Shown in pieces: positions 10,668 to 23,386 of a stretch of 64,000 bases of DNA. The DNA lies in contig NW_026515684.1 of NCBI RefSeq assembly GCF_025526975.1, positions 496,001 to 560,000 on the forward strand, read 5' to 3'. The notes below the pieces were generated by a model. That model saw only the letters and a program-made list of their open reading frames with translations, was not told the DNA's origin and did not search any database. The DNA comes from Fimicolochytrium jonesii. Lineage: Eukaryota. How positions within the stretch are numbered: position 1 is the stretch's first letter; every line of letters begins with the position of its first letter. A program made the position numbers and the translations under genes.

Positions 10668-13600
10668 ATGGCTACTCCTATGGAAATTGCCTCGGTCGAT
10701 GCGACCACCATCGATGAGAGTCTATATTCTCGCCAACTGTAGGTTTCCAATTTGTCGCTGCAGTTTGGGCGTGACGTGGAATGATCTAATGTCAAAACCT
10801 GGTGCCGTTTAGCTACGTCTTGGGACATGCTGCCATGGCGAGGATGAGCGCGTCTAATGTGCTCATTATTGGCCTTAAGGGACTAGGAGTCGAAATCGGT
10901 AGGCTGCCGGAAAGAAGTTCTGGTGGGGGCTCTTTATCTTGCTACCGCACCTGACCAACATCGCCCATAGCCAAGAACGTTATTCTGGCCGGTGTCAAGT
11001 CTGTCACTCTATATGACCCCAACCCCGTACAAGTCGCCGACATGTCGTCTCAGGTAAGAGGTCGCATGCATTCCTACACTTGCCCTTTGACCGAGGTGGT
11101 TGATTGTTCTCTTCCGCACACCGCACAGTTCTTCCTATACCAGGAGGATCTCGGCAAACCAAGAGCGGACGTTACATCTCATCGTCTCGCTGAGCTCAAT
11201 GCCTACGTCCCGGTCTCAGTTCTTCATGGAGAGCTGACTCCGGAGCAGCTGTCCCACTACCAAGTGAGCGCCGGGAATGCATATATGATAAGAAAGTCCG
11301 CAGGCTCCAACTAAACCCCCTTTCATCGACAATAGGTTGTCGTTTGCACGGAAACGCCATTAGCGAAACAGTTGTCTATCAATGAAGTGACGCATAAGCT
11401 TGGAACAGCCTTCATTTCCGCAGATGTCCGCGGTCTATTCGGTTATGCCTTCGCTGACTTTGGCCCGGAGTTCACCGTCATCGACACGACTGGAGAAGAG
11501 GCCGTCACTGGGATTGTTGCCAACGTCTCTCACGTACGTAGCGTGAGCGGATCCTACTGGATTGTTTCTCCTCCGACTCACCGCAATACTCTCATCAGGA
11601 TAAGGAAGGCGTCGTGGCGTGCTTAGAAGAAACCAGGCACGGACTCGAAGATGGAGACTACGTCACCTTTACCGAGGTTGTTGGAATGCCCGAACTGAAC
11701 GGAATAAAGCCGAGGAAAGTTGAGGTCACAGGCCCGTACACATTCAAGATCGGAGACACATCCGCCTTTGGGGCATACAAGTCTGGGGGCATCTTCACAC
11801 AAGTTAAAATGCCAAAAACCCTCAAGTTCAAGAGTCTGAAGGAGTCATTAGCGAATCCCGATCACGTCATCTCCGACTTTGCAAAGTTCGACCGGCCCGC
11901 CCAACTGCATCTTGCCTTCCAAGCGCTTGACGCGTTTGCGACGAAGCACAACGGGGAGCTGCCCCGTCCCAGGAACGAACAGGATGCGGCTGAGGTCCTT
12001 GCGATTGTGAAGGAGCTGAATGAGAAGGCGACCGACAAGGCTGAGATCAACGACGACCTGATCAAGGAGGTCTCTTTCCAGGCTCGCGGTGACCTGGCGC
12101 CCATGGGTGCTGTTATCGGTGGATTGGTCGCGCAAGAAGTGCTCAAAGCTTGCAGTGGAAAGTTCCATCCCATCTACCAATACTTCTACTTCGACTCCCT
12201 CGAATCGCTGCCCAAAGGCCTGAAACTGACGGAAGAGAACACTAAAGCCCGCGGCTCGCGTTACGACGGACAGATCGCGGTCTTTGGCACAGATTTCCAG
12301 CAAGTTATCGCCGACACGCGGGAGTTCGTCGTCGGCGCGGGTGCCATCGGCTGCGAGATGCTAAAGAACTGGGCCATGATGGGTCTCGGGACCGGCCCCA
12401 AGGGACAGATTTTCGTCACGGACATGGACTCGATCGAGAAGTCGAATCTGAACCGTCAATTTCTCTTCCGTCCGGGAGATGTTAGCAAATTGAAGTCGGA
12501 ATGCGCCGCGGCCGCGGTGGAACGCATGAACCCTGATGTGCACGGAAAGATCACCTCCTTCCAGGAGCGGGTGGGGACTGAGACGGAAAACATTTTTGAC
12601 GACAAATTTTGGGAGGGGTTGACGGGAGTCACGAATGCTTTGGACAATGTTGAGGCGAGGAAGTATGTCGATCGCCGATGTGTTTACTTTGCCAAGCCGT
12701 TGTTGGAGTCGGGCACGCTTGGAACGAAGGGCAACACACAGGTATGTCTCCGGATTTCTAAATGTGATCGTGATTGTAGGCAACAACTAAGCGTGTGACT
12801 ATGTTATAGGTCGTCATCCCGTACCTCACAGAGTCCTACTCTTCATCACAAGATCCTCCGGAAAAGTCCATCCCCATTTGCACTCTGAAGAACTTCCCCA
12901 ACGCCATCGAGCACACGATCCAATGGGCCCGTGACCTCTTCGAAGGCCTGTTCAGACAGCCAGCCGAAAACGTAAACCTCTACCTCAGCCAGCCCAACTA
13001 CATCGAACAACTGATGAGCCAAGGCGGGAACCAGAAAGAGGGCATCGAAAGCATCGTCAACTTCCTTGTGACGGAGAAGCCCACCCTGTTCGAGGAATGC
13101 GTTGCTTGGGCTCGGTTCAAGTTTGAGGAGCTGTATTCGAATCAGATCAAGCAGTTACTGTTCAATTTCCCGAAGGATGCTGTTACATCTACAGGAACGC
13201 CGTTCTGGTCGGGACCGAAAAGGGCGCCCGATGCTGTTACTTTTGATCCCGAGAACGTAAGTTTGTGATCATATGATGTCTCATGCTGGTCAACCGCTTC
13301 TAATAATTGTCTCCAGTCCCTCCACCTTGACTTTATCATCACGGGCGCCAACCTGCATGCGTTCAACTACGGCATCAGGGGCCGCACGGACGAGGAATAC
13401 TTCAAACAAGTTCTGAAAACGATCGACGTGCCGGAGTTTGTCCCCAAGGCGGGAGTCAAAATCCAGGTTCAGGAAAACGAGGCGGCTCAGGCTGGGCATG
13501 CTGGTGAGTAGCGGTCGATTTTCGCTTCTTCAATGCTTCTCGAAATTTCTTTGCTCAAGCCTCCGTTCACTCCCGTCCACTCAGACGAAGACGAACTCGA

Positions 13601-14511
13601 CACTCTGGTCAAGTCCCTCCCCCCACCCTCCCACCTCGCCGGCCTGCGCCTCAAGCCGGTCGAATTCGAGAAGGACGACGACAGCAACTTCCACATCGAT
13701 TTCATCACTGCCGCGTCAAACCTGCGTGCCACCAACTACGCCATCACGCTTGCGGACCGGCACCGGACCAAGTTTATTGCGGGCAAGATTATTCCGGCGA
13801 TTGCGACTACGACTGCTTTGGTTACTGGGTTGGTTTGTTTGGAGCTGTACAAGGTTTGTACTTTAGAGGACGGTCTTGCTTTTGGGTTTTGGTTTGACGA
13901 TTCTGATCCAACGCTTCCGCTGTCAGATTTTGGGAGGCGCCGACAAGATCGAGGACTTCAAAAACGGGTTTATCAACCTGGCCTTACCCTTCTTCGGATT
14001 CTCGGAGCCCATCGCCGCGCAGAAGTTGAAGGTACATTCCCATCCCCTCCCCCCTCTCATCCCCCCGCGTCAGTCACAATAATCAACACCCCCCTCTCTC
14101 CTCCAGTACCACGAAACAGAATTCAGCCTCTGGGACCGCTTCGAAGTACAAGGCGACGTGACCCTCAAGCAGCTAATCGACCACTTCAAGGAGAAGTACG
14201 AGTTGGAGATCACGATGCTGTCGTGCGAGGCGACTATGCTGTATTCGTTCTTTATGGCGAAGAAGAAGTTGGAGGAGCGGTTGACGTTTCCGTAAGTCTC
14301 TTCTTGCATTATCACGTTTTGAAATGTTTTCCCAGGGATGTTGTAACTTATTATTTGGTTTATGTACGGTAGGATTTCGAAAATCATCGAAACGATCCAA
14401 AAGAAGCCCATCCCCCCGCACGTCCGGGCCCTGGTGCTCATTGCGTGCGTGAACGATCGCGAGGGGGAGGATGTCGAGGTGCCGTATATTCGGGTTGTTA
14501 TTCGGCCGTAG
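10668..14511 (+). CDS. UBA1: Ubiquitin-activating enzyme E1 (multi-exon)
   Basis: [67 protein letters not shown], catalytic [36 protein letters not shown] and C-terminal [13 protein letters not shown] 10668, TAG 14509-14511. Confidence 0.98.
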
Positions 14512-15223
14512 ATTGTGTAGATTCCTTGGGAAGATCACAGGCTATGCTGGCTTGCGGTGATGTGAGACTCGCGTCCTGTAACGGAGTACGGCGCGGAGTA
14601 CAGTACGGCGCTGTCTCTGGTTCTCTTCCGTACTTTATGTAGCTATAGCCCCCCCTTCTTCGTTGTGCTAGGGCTTTACCCTTCCTTTTTTTGTTGTTTC
14701 TACTCCCTTTTACGGTTTTTGTAACTGGTTGTACGCCTTTACCCTTTTGCAAAGATTTGACGTATGTAGATTGCTCCTGTTCCTGCTGCGTTTTTAATGC
14801 CATCGATCTCTCTACCGTGCACTTCAAACTCCATGGGGGGGTTGGGTGAACCTACTCACTTCAGGTTCTATCTCCGCCGAATGAGAGAAACACGGGCAAA
14901 CCGTCTTCATCTTTTTCATGACCCCTCCTCCCTCCGTTCTTGGTTGGAGTGCATGCGCATGGCCCGGAATCGGGTAAAAAAGTATATTTCATAAACGGGG
15001 TCGTTCCATGCCCCGTCCGTAAGCAAAACGGGGGCTTAGATACATACAAAGGCGCCTCCGTGTCGTCGCGGGACCCCCTGGCGGAGAAGTGCCGTCCCGA
15101 CTCCGAGGGATCACGGTCCGAACCTCCTCAGCACACACCCACCCCCCCCCCCCCCCCCCCTCCCTCACACACACACACACATAGACATATATGCCCAGCA
15201 TTGCACGCAACCCCGCGGCCGGT

Positions 15224-16528
15224 CTAAGAGATCAGGATCTAGAAACCGGCGATCGGGAGTGTTAGCCAGACAGAATCCGCAGGTGTACGTCTCAAACGGC
15301 GCGAACGGGGGGGACCCAAAAAACGCACCATCCACCCGATCACGAAATAGAACAAGAAGATGGGATAGATCGCCAGCACGCGGCGTTGGTTCAGGTTCAG
15401 GTCCGAGAAGAAGCCTATGGAGGCTGGTGTGCCATCCGAAAAATTCGTAAGTGATTGATTGATGCATTGAGGAGGGAGTGGGGAGGGGGGGGGTGGTTAC
15501 CGTAGACGGCCCAGAGAAAGGCGCCGAGGATGACAATCATGCGCACAAAGACGGGGCGGATGATCCCACAGACGATGGAGGCGATGACGAGGGGGAAGAC
15601 GCAGTAGCCGAGGACGCAGACGGATTGGAAGAATGATCTTTGTGGTGGGTGGTGATGGGTTAGTGGTGGTGGGGGGTTGATGAAAGGATTGGGGGGGGTT
15701 TGTTGGGACACTTTTTTTACATTTTACCACCGAGGAGTTTGGCGTTCAATGTCACTGCTGCGGCGCCGCACCACAGGATGATGAAGATGGCAGTGAACAT
15801 GCCGGCGGCTTGGTCGTTGGGGGCTGTTATGCTGAGGCGGCTGTTTTTGCGGGGGGAGATGCCAGGAACGAGGGTAAGCTGGGGTTTGTGAATGATGATA
15901 TCTGCGTGGGGCGGTGGGGATCCCCTTACATGGAGAGGACGAGACATAGGAGTAGCGGGCCCCATAGATCCCCTGTGCGAAACGCAAGGGTGTCAGCTGA
16001 TGCAAATGTGAGATGAGTGGTCCACGAAGCGAAAACGGACAATCTTTGAGGATATTCGTCGTATTCGGCCGAGGTAGCAGCACTTGTTTCAGCTTGGCCC
16101 AGATGTTCAGCAGATCGCGTCGCTGTAGCAGCGAAAGTAAACGTGTCAACAAGTTGCATGTAACTGCACACTCCATTCCCAGCAAAGTAACATACAATGG
16201 TCTCCCAAACAGGCTCGTCCAACGTATCCAGCGTCGGTCTCGGCTGTCCCTCCGCGTTCCCATACCCCATATGCCCCGTCACGGTCGGTGCACTGACAGG
16301 GATGGTGACCGACGACAGGTCCCCCGCAGCACCTCCCATCCCCGATGCCGGGCGAGCTGGTGATGGTGCACCGCCGCCGAAGCCTGTTTGTGATTTACCA
16401 CTTGGGTTGTTGCTGTTGGGGTTGTTTCCGAGGGAGGATTGTTCGGAGGCAAAGTCGCCGAAGGTGTAGGGTTGGAAGTCGTTGGCGCCGCTGCCGGTGG
16501 GGTTGCTGCCTGTGCCGTAGGCGCTCAT
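15224..16528 (-). CDS. YIPF6: Yip1-domain Golgi membrane protein, YIPF6/Yip4 type (multi-exon)
   Basis: [53 protein letters not shown] and RRVLAIYPIFLFY. Last exon ILIS* ends at 15224. Confidence 0.93.
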
Positions 16529-17937
16529 CTTGATATAGCGATATGGTGATATACGGGACTGATATAGTGTGAGGGAGGATAGAGTATGTACTGTATGTAT
16601 AGGAGGGTTGTTCCAGAGGGCGATGGGCGTTGGTTGCGAGAAGGGCGAAGGAGGCCGCGCGCGGAAGGTGTTCCAACACTGCGGAGGGCACTATCTATTC
16701 GTTCTCCCACTTTCAGACCCCCATTGCGGCTTCCTATAATATACAACCACCGCTAGACTGCAGACTGCAGACGGCCGCTTTGCCAGGTCATAGCTCGTCG
16801 GCAGAAATCTGACCACCGCCCATCTTCGGTCTACGCGAACAGAACCCTGTCTCATCTTCGCGGGGAACCGGCCATCTTCTTACGCCTCTTCGCCAAAGGG
16901 AACATCTTCCGCCGAGCCAACGCCGCTGAAACGTTGCGATGGAAAGGTGCGTAGCAAAGAGACGGCTCACACTCAACTGCATATTCTTTTCGCACGGTTT
17001 TTACGCGTAGAGCTAGCTCTGCATATCGCCGTTCGCATATATAAAGGGTACGTAGATAGCGTTCCAACCTTCCCGTCCACCTCGGCAGATATGATGAGCA
17101 CAACCCCATCGCGAGAATGCGGACGAGGACGTAGACTATAGACTCTCATGTTGCCCAGAAGCGACGAGTTTCGGAAACCACTACCGGAGAACAGCTCCAC
17201 ATCTCTATGACCATGGCCCGTTTCGACAAAGTCGTCTTCCATCTCTTACGCCGTGGATAAGGCCGTGAATGGAGTCGACCGTCCGTATGCCTTTGGATGG
17301 ATTGATGGACACCAGTTCTTCACCCTCGCCGAATCAGTCTGCCATCAGCACGCCCCCAAAACCACCCACTTCTGAAACCTCGGCATCGACTTCTCCGTCT
17401 GGCCCAGCTTCCCCCGCCTACGCACAGTAGCAGGCCACGCCGAACAACTCAGCGAAGAAAGATGGTGGAGAGTCGCGAGCATAAGGAGCGTGTGGATTTG
17501 GGGATCACGTTGACGAGCAGGAAGTTTGATGAGGTGCGGTGTAGGGCGATGCCGCCGCGTTATAGGTCGTTTCGCGATTTACAAGGACAGCCGGTGCCTG
17601 AGGTGGAAGATTGGAAAAAGGTAGAAAAGTTTTCCTTCTTTCTTCCTGGGCCGCGGCGGACAATCGCAAATGTAAGATCAACGGAGATGCGCTGTACATA
17701 AAGGTGGGTGGAACGGAGAACAGTTCAAACATTTGACATGAGATTGGATGGCGGGAGGCGATGTAACTTCAAAATCCCAGGAACGCAGACGGAAAACGGG
17801 GGTGCAGTTCAGTCATCTTGTAAATAAGAAAAGATACATTTCAAAAAACATATTTCCGGCGTCAAGCCGTCGGATTTCGCATCCAAATCCCTCACAAATT
17901 CTCAGGTCAAAATGCCCCCCCAAAAAAACAACCTCTC

Positions 17938-18344
17938 TCACCCCCTTCCCTCAGCCCCCCTCTCCCCGACCCTAAACTCCCTATCCCTCTCGGCACTCAT
18001 CACATCGCGTTTCGAGAACGAGTTGTTGTCCCCCGCGCTCAACAAGTCCAACGTGCTCTTGCCCTTCCCATCCTTCTTCTCATCGTTTGCGAATGAGTAG
18101 AGGTTTTGAGTCGACGATGAAGGGACGGAGGTGGTGATGGACGAGAGAGAGAGGGAGGATTGCCGGATGCGGTCGGGGAAGTAGGCGAGGGGGGAGGAGG
18201 GGTGGTCGGGGTTTAGAAGGCCTGTTTTGGTGTTGCGGGTTAGATATGGGGAGGGGAGGAAGGGCAGGGAAGGTGGGATCGTGACGTACCTGTCCAGGAA
18301 TCTTTTGTGGCGGATGCGACGGGGTTGGCCAGTGGGTTCGACAT
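17938..18344 (-). CDS. Two-exon 112-aa orphan protein (exons 18344-18290 and 18221-17938)
   Basis: GTACGT donor, CTAAC branch site and CAG acceptor join 55+284 nt into an open 113-codon frame: MSNPLANPVASATKDSWTGLLNPDHPSSPLAYFPDRIRQ...GERGAEGRG*. Confidence 0.6.
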
Positions 18345-18682
18345 TGCGTTCTTTTTCCGGTTGTGGTGGTAGTAGTAGTCTGGGTTCGATGGATGTTTGC
18401 TTTCTCCAGCTGAGGCACTTGTTGCATAAACAACAACAGCAACAAGCTCAACCGAAACCACATGGATGAAAGCCACGACGCCCCCATTGTTTGCGCGCTG
18501 TCGATATCCCGTCAAAGAATCATCCCGACTGGCTACGTAATCCCTTCCGATGCCCCGATTTTTTTCGGCGACGCAAAGCCTCGAATCGACTCCAACCTCA
18601 CACCGATTAACAGCATCGCAAAATCCGAGCAAGAAGAAATACCCCGGAGAATCCAACCCCCGCCCCACCCTTCCAAAAAAAA

Positions 18683-21168
18683 ATGTCAGACCCCGACCGC
18701 CCCAAATCCGCCGTCCCCCCCAGCTCCGCCGACGGCGCCAAACCCACCAAAAAAGGCAAGAAGAAAACCGGCAAGAAAAAACTCCCGGCCATCCCGCGCG
18801 ACATGGCGCTGAATGCCAAGGGGGAGCTGGTGCCGAGTCGGGAATATGTGTTAGAGCAGACGTAGGTGTGTTTGATTTGCGGGGGGGCTATTCGGGAAAG
18901 TGCGGTGATGGGTTAGGACTGACTTGGAACTGTACCGTTTGGTGGGACGGTAGGTTGGAGGCGACGAGCAAGAGTCTGGATTCGTATCGGGAGCGGATGA
19001 CTGGGTTGTACGTATCGGTTTTCGATTTCAGTGTTTCTGTCATGCAATCATGCGGGACATGGGAATGCTGGTGGGGCTGATTGATGCTGGGGATTCCATG
19101 ATAGAGTGCATACAAACGAAGACCTCCAAGAAGCCCGCGAGCAGCAGGAAAAAGATGCGGTATTTATCCCCCCTCCCCCCCCCCCCCCCCCCCCCGGCCC
19201 CCTCCCTCCTAACCAACCCCCGTATCCCACTCTCCCATGTTTCAAAGCTGGACGTCATCTCCGCCCTCCACCGCGAGAACGAAAAACGCGAGCTGCGAAT
19301 CAAAGAATTACGCGAGAAGATGGAGGAGAGTGCGCGGTTGAGTGCGGAGGAGAGGGGGGAGTTGATTGAGGAGTATGAGAGGAAGATATCAGGTGGGAGC
19401 GAGCCGCGAGGGGGGAGGGGGAAGGCGCGGAGGGGTGAGTTGATGATTTTTTGCTTAGATCTGTCGACGATGATGGCGGAGAAGGAGGCGGCGTATAATG
19501 TGATGCAGCAGGAGTTTTCGACCATTAAGGATTTCCGGGTGAGTTTCCACCCGTTTTCTGAATCGTAACCTCGCCAAAAAAGAAAGTACCAACTGCGGCA
19601 TGTTTGCTTCCTAGAAAAAACGGCACGACCTCATCAAAGAGCTCGAGCAGCAGAAGATCCTGTTGACGGATACAGAGCGCCGACACGGCGAGACGGTGGC
19701 GCGGATGGAGCGCAAGTTTTTTGAGGAGAAGATTCGGCTGCAGAAGGAGGCTAATCGGAAGATTTCTGAGCTTGCTACCAAAGCCCACAAAGTACGATTT
19801 TCATCCCCCCATCTACGTTTTCACCCTATCCAGAAGGGACTAACACCGCCCCTCAGGAAGCAGTATCGAACCTAAAAGAAACCGAGAAAGAAGTCTTCCG
19901 CCAAAACATGAGGATGACGGAAGCGCTCCGGTACCACGTACAGGAAGGCGAGGAGCTCAATAAAGCGAACGCGGAGCTAGTGCTGACGAACAAGCAGCTG
20001 CTGGAGGAGAAGAATCTGCATGATGTGATGGTCAAGGAGAAGATTTTGCAGAATAAGCAGCAGAGTAAAGATGTATGTCAACAACCCTTCCTGCAGTTTC
20101 GGAATGTGGAGAGCGGGTGGGGCAATTGATAGATTGTGAATTGCGCAGATAAAAGAACAACAACAAAAGATCCAAAGCCTGGAACATACCCTCTCGCACG
20201 TCGTCCGCGAGTTCGAGCGGGAACGAGATATCATGGCGCAGCGGGCGCAGCGCGAGCTGCAGGAGGTGCGGACGATCGCGGCGGGGTTGAAGGAGAGTTT
20301 GGATCGCAAGTCGAAGGAGATGAGACATATCAAGGTTTGTGTCACTTGTCCCTGGGGTGAAACATAGTTCTCAGATTTCTGATGGACTTTTGGGATGTCA
20401 ACAGAGACTAGCACAACATATCCTCGACCAACGCACGGATCTCGAACGGTTCTTCATGGATGCGCTCGACCACGTGCGGGGCGAGATCGAGCAGGAGCAG
20501 GAGAACGCAAAGAAGGCTGTGCAGGCGGAATACACACGGCGGATGAAGGCCGTAAGATTCTCTCACACTACAGATAACCTGCCTCCCCCGAAAATCTGAC
20601 CCGTTTCCCTTTACAGATCCTAACAAGTAAAGGCATCCCAACCCCACAACCCACCACCGACGCCAAAGCAGGCGCCCTGCCCGCCTCAATCATCATGCCC
20701 TTACCCGCACCACCTTCACCAGCGGCCGACTCCGCACCCGCCCGCGTAGACCTCTCCGACCTTACATGGGCCGACAAAGAACGCATCATGCGTCTCTTGT
20801 TTGCACGCATGAATGGTGTGTCGCTTGTCGGCAAGACCGGGGGGAATTATGCGGATGCGCCGCCGCCTGCATCGCTTCACACCAGTAATGGGACTGGGGA
20901 GAGTCATTCCGCGGCTGGTACGACCCATCTCCCGGCACCATCGCACCACCCAGCACACCACCAACACCATCAAGCAGAGAACACGCATCACATCCCGCGA
21001 AACTTTAACACGGACTTGGACGACGACGATGGGAGTGGGAATGATGCGGGCGATGAGGAGGCGCTCATGCCTGTGATTGTTACTGAGGAGTTTGGGAAGG
21101 AGGGCGAGGCGGAAGATGAGGGGGCGGTGGGGATGGGGCTGGCTTTGCCGACTTTTGTCATCAGTTAA
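18683..21168 (+). CDS. BBOF1: Basal body-orientation factor 1 (CCDC176, DUF4515), multi-exon coiled-coil protein
   Basis: Lys-rich N-terminus, MERKFFEEKIRLQKEAN, LAQHILDQRTDLERFFMDALDHVR and the C-terminal signature VDLSDLTWADKERIMRLLFARMNG. Confidence 0.88.
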
Positions 21169-21691
21169 GGTGGTCGTTTGGGTCCTAGTAAAATGATGAC
21201 TCTCATGACATTTGCTAGAAGGAAAAAGACATCGATGTGAAGGTGAAGAGGAATGTGGGATGTTTTTCTTTTCAGTCTCGGTGGCGACATCCGGTCAGAA
21301 TCGGACACACGAGTTGGCCGACTTCGAACGTTCAGCCTGTGCATGCTCGCCTGCCCGGCTCCAGATCCAGCTCGAGTGATTTCCAGTTCGGCCGCCAGCA
21401 GAGGGACTAGGCTTCCCCACTGGCAGACCCTCCAGATGCAGGCTGCGAGTGTACATACATATACAGTATATAAGGGTGCTGCAACGTCTTTGTGCGTCCT
21501 GTCAGTCTGTTCTCGGTGTCGAAGATTCCCGTCAGCAGATTGAGCCCAGAGGCTTCGTGACGTCCGCCCTTCGCAATCCTCCCTCCCGACATCGCTCTCA
21601 TCCCAACCAAGGCCAGACAGAGATCGCAACCAAGCATCCCCCACACACTCCCAACACAAACCCTCATCACAACCACGCCCACCGCAACAAA

Positions 21692-22839
<1,148 letters not shown>

Positions 22840-23386
22840 ATGAATGGATTCCGATGGCGAGCGGCGCTCTATATTGTATATACCGATTCATAAAAGAACG
22901 TTGCGAAAAAGCCTCGGGAAATCAGCTCCCAAGGCGTAGTTTCCGCTCGTCCCATAGACTCGGATGAACCCCTCCTCCCATGTCCGCATTTTCGCATAAG
23001 AAAGAAAAAAAACGACGTATTGCGACCAAAACGGATAGATGAAAAACTTGGGGGGCGTTGTGCTTCATTTTCCAAAAAAAAAAAAAGAGAATGTATGATC
23101 GAAAAAACCTCCCAAAAATGTTGTAATGAAATAACCAATCGCAACACACAGAATATCTAATGAGTCTATCCCGCAGGGGCAAGTCACAAAAAAGGGGGAG
23201 GGGCGGGCGGGGGTTCATTATATACAGTTTATGCCCGGGGCCGTGGTGGGTTACTTGTTAAGGAGGTCAGCAAGAACGCCGAAAAAACAAATGCAGCAAG
23301 GGTGAATGTAAGGCCGGTTGGTGTCGGGGCGGACCGAAACGAAAAGGAACCGGTGAGGTAAAGGCCAAGCAAAGCGGGGTGGGGTG

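Noticed and set aside
11848..12786. Long antisense ORFs over UBA1 and other genes (for example 51287-52030, 25648-26175, 57217-57924)
   Set aside because: Shadow ORFs caused by GC-rich codon bias on the coding strand.
16939..17701. Protein-like plus-strand fragments with in-frame TGA codons (possible selenoprotein or readthrough)
   Set aside because: TAG and TAA stops and frameshifts also occur, there is no redox motif around the TGAs and no SECIS was recognised. Ordinary decay is more likely.
18421..18434. X-box-like GTTGCATAAACAAC upstream of BBOF1
   Set aside because: Several mismatches to the RFX consensus, and it overlaps a CAA microsatellite.
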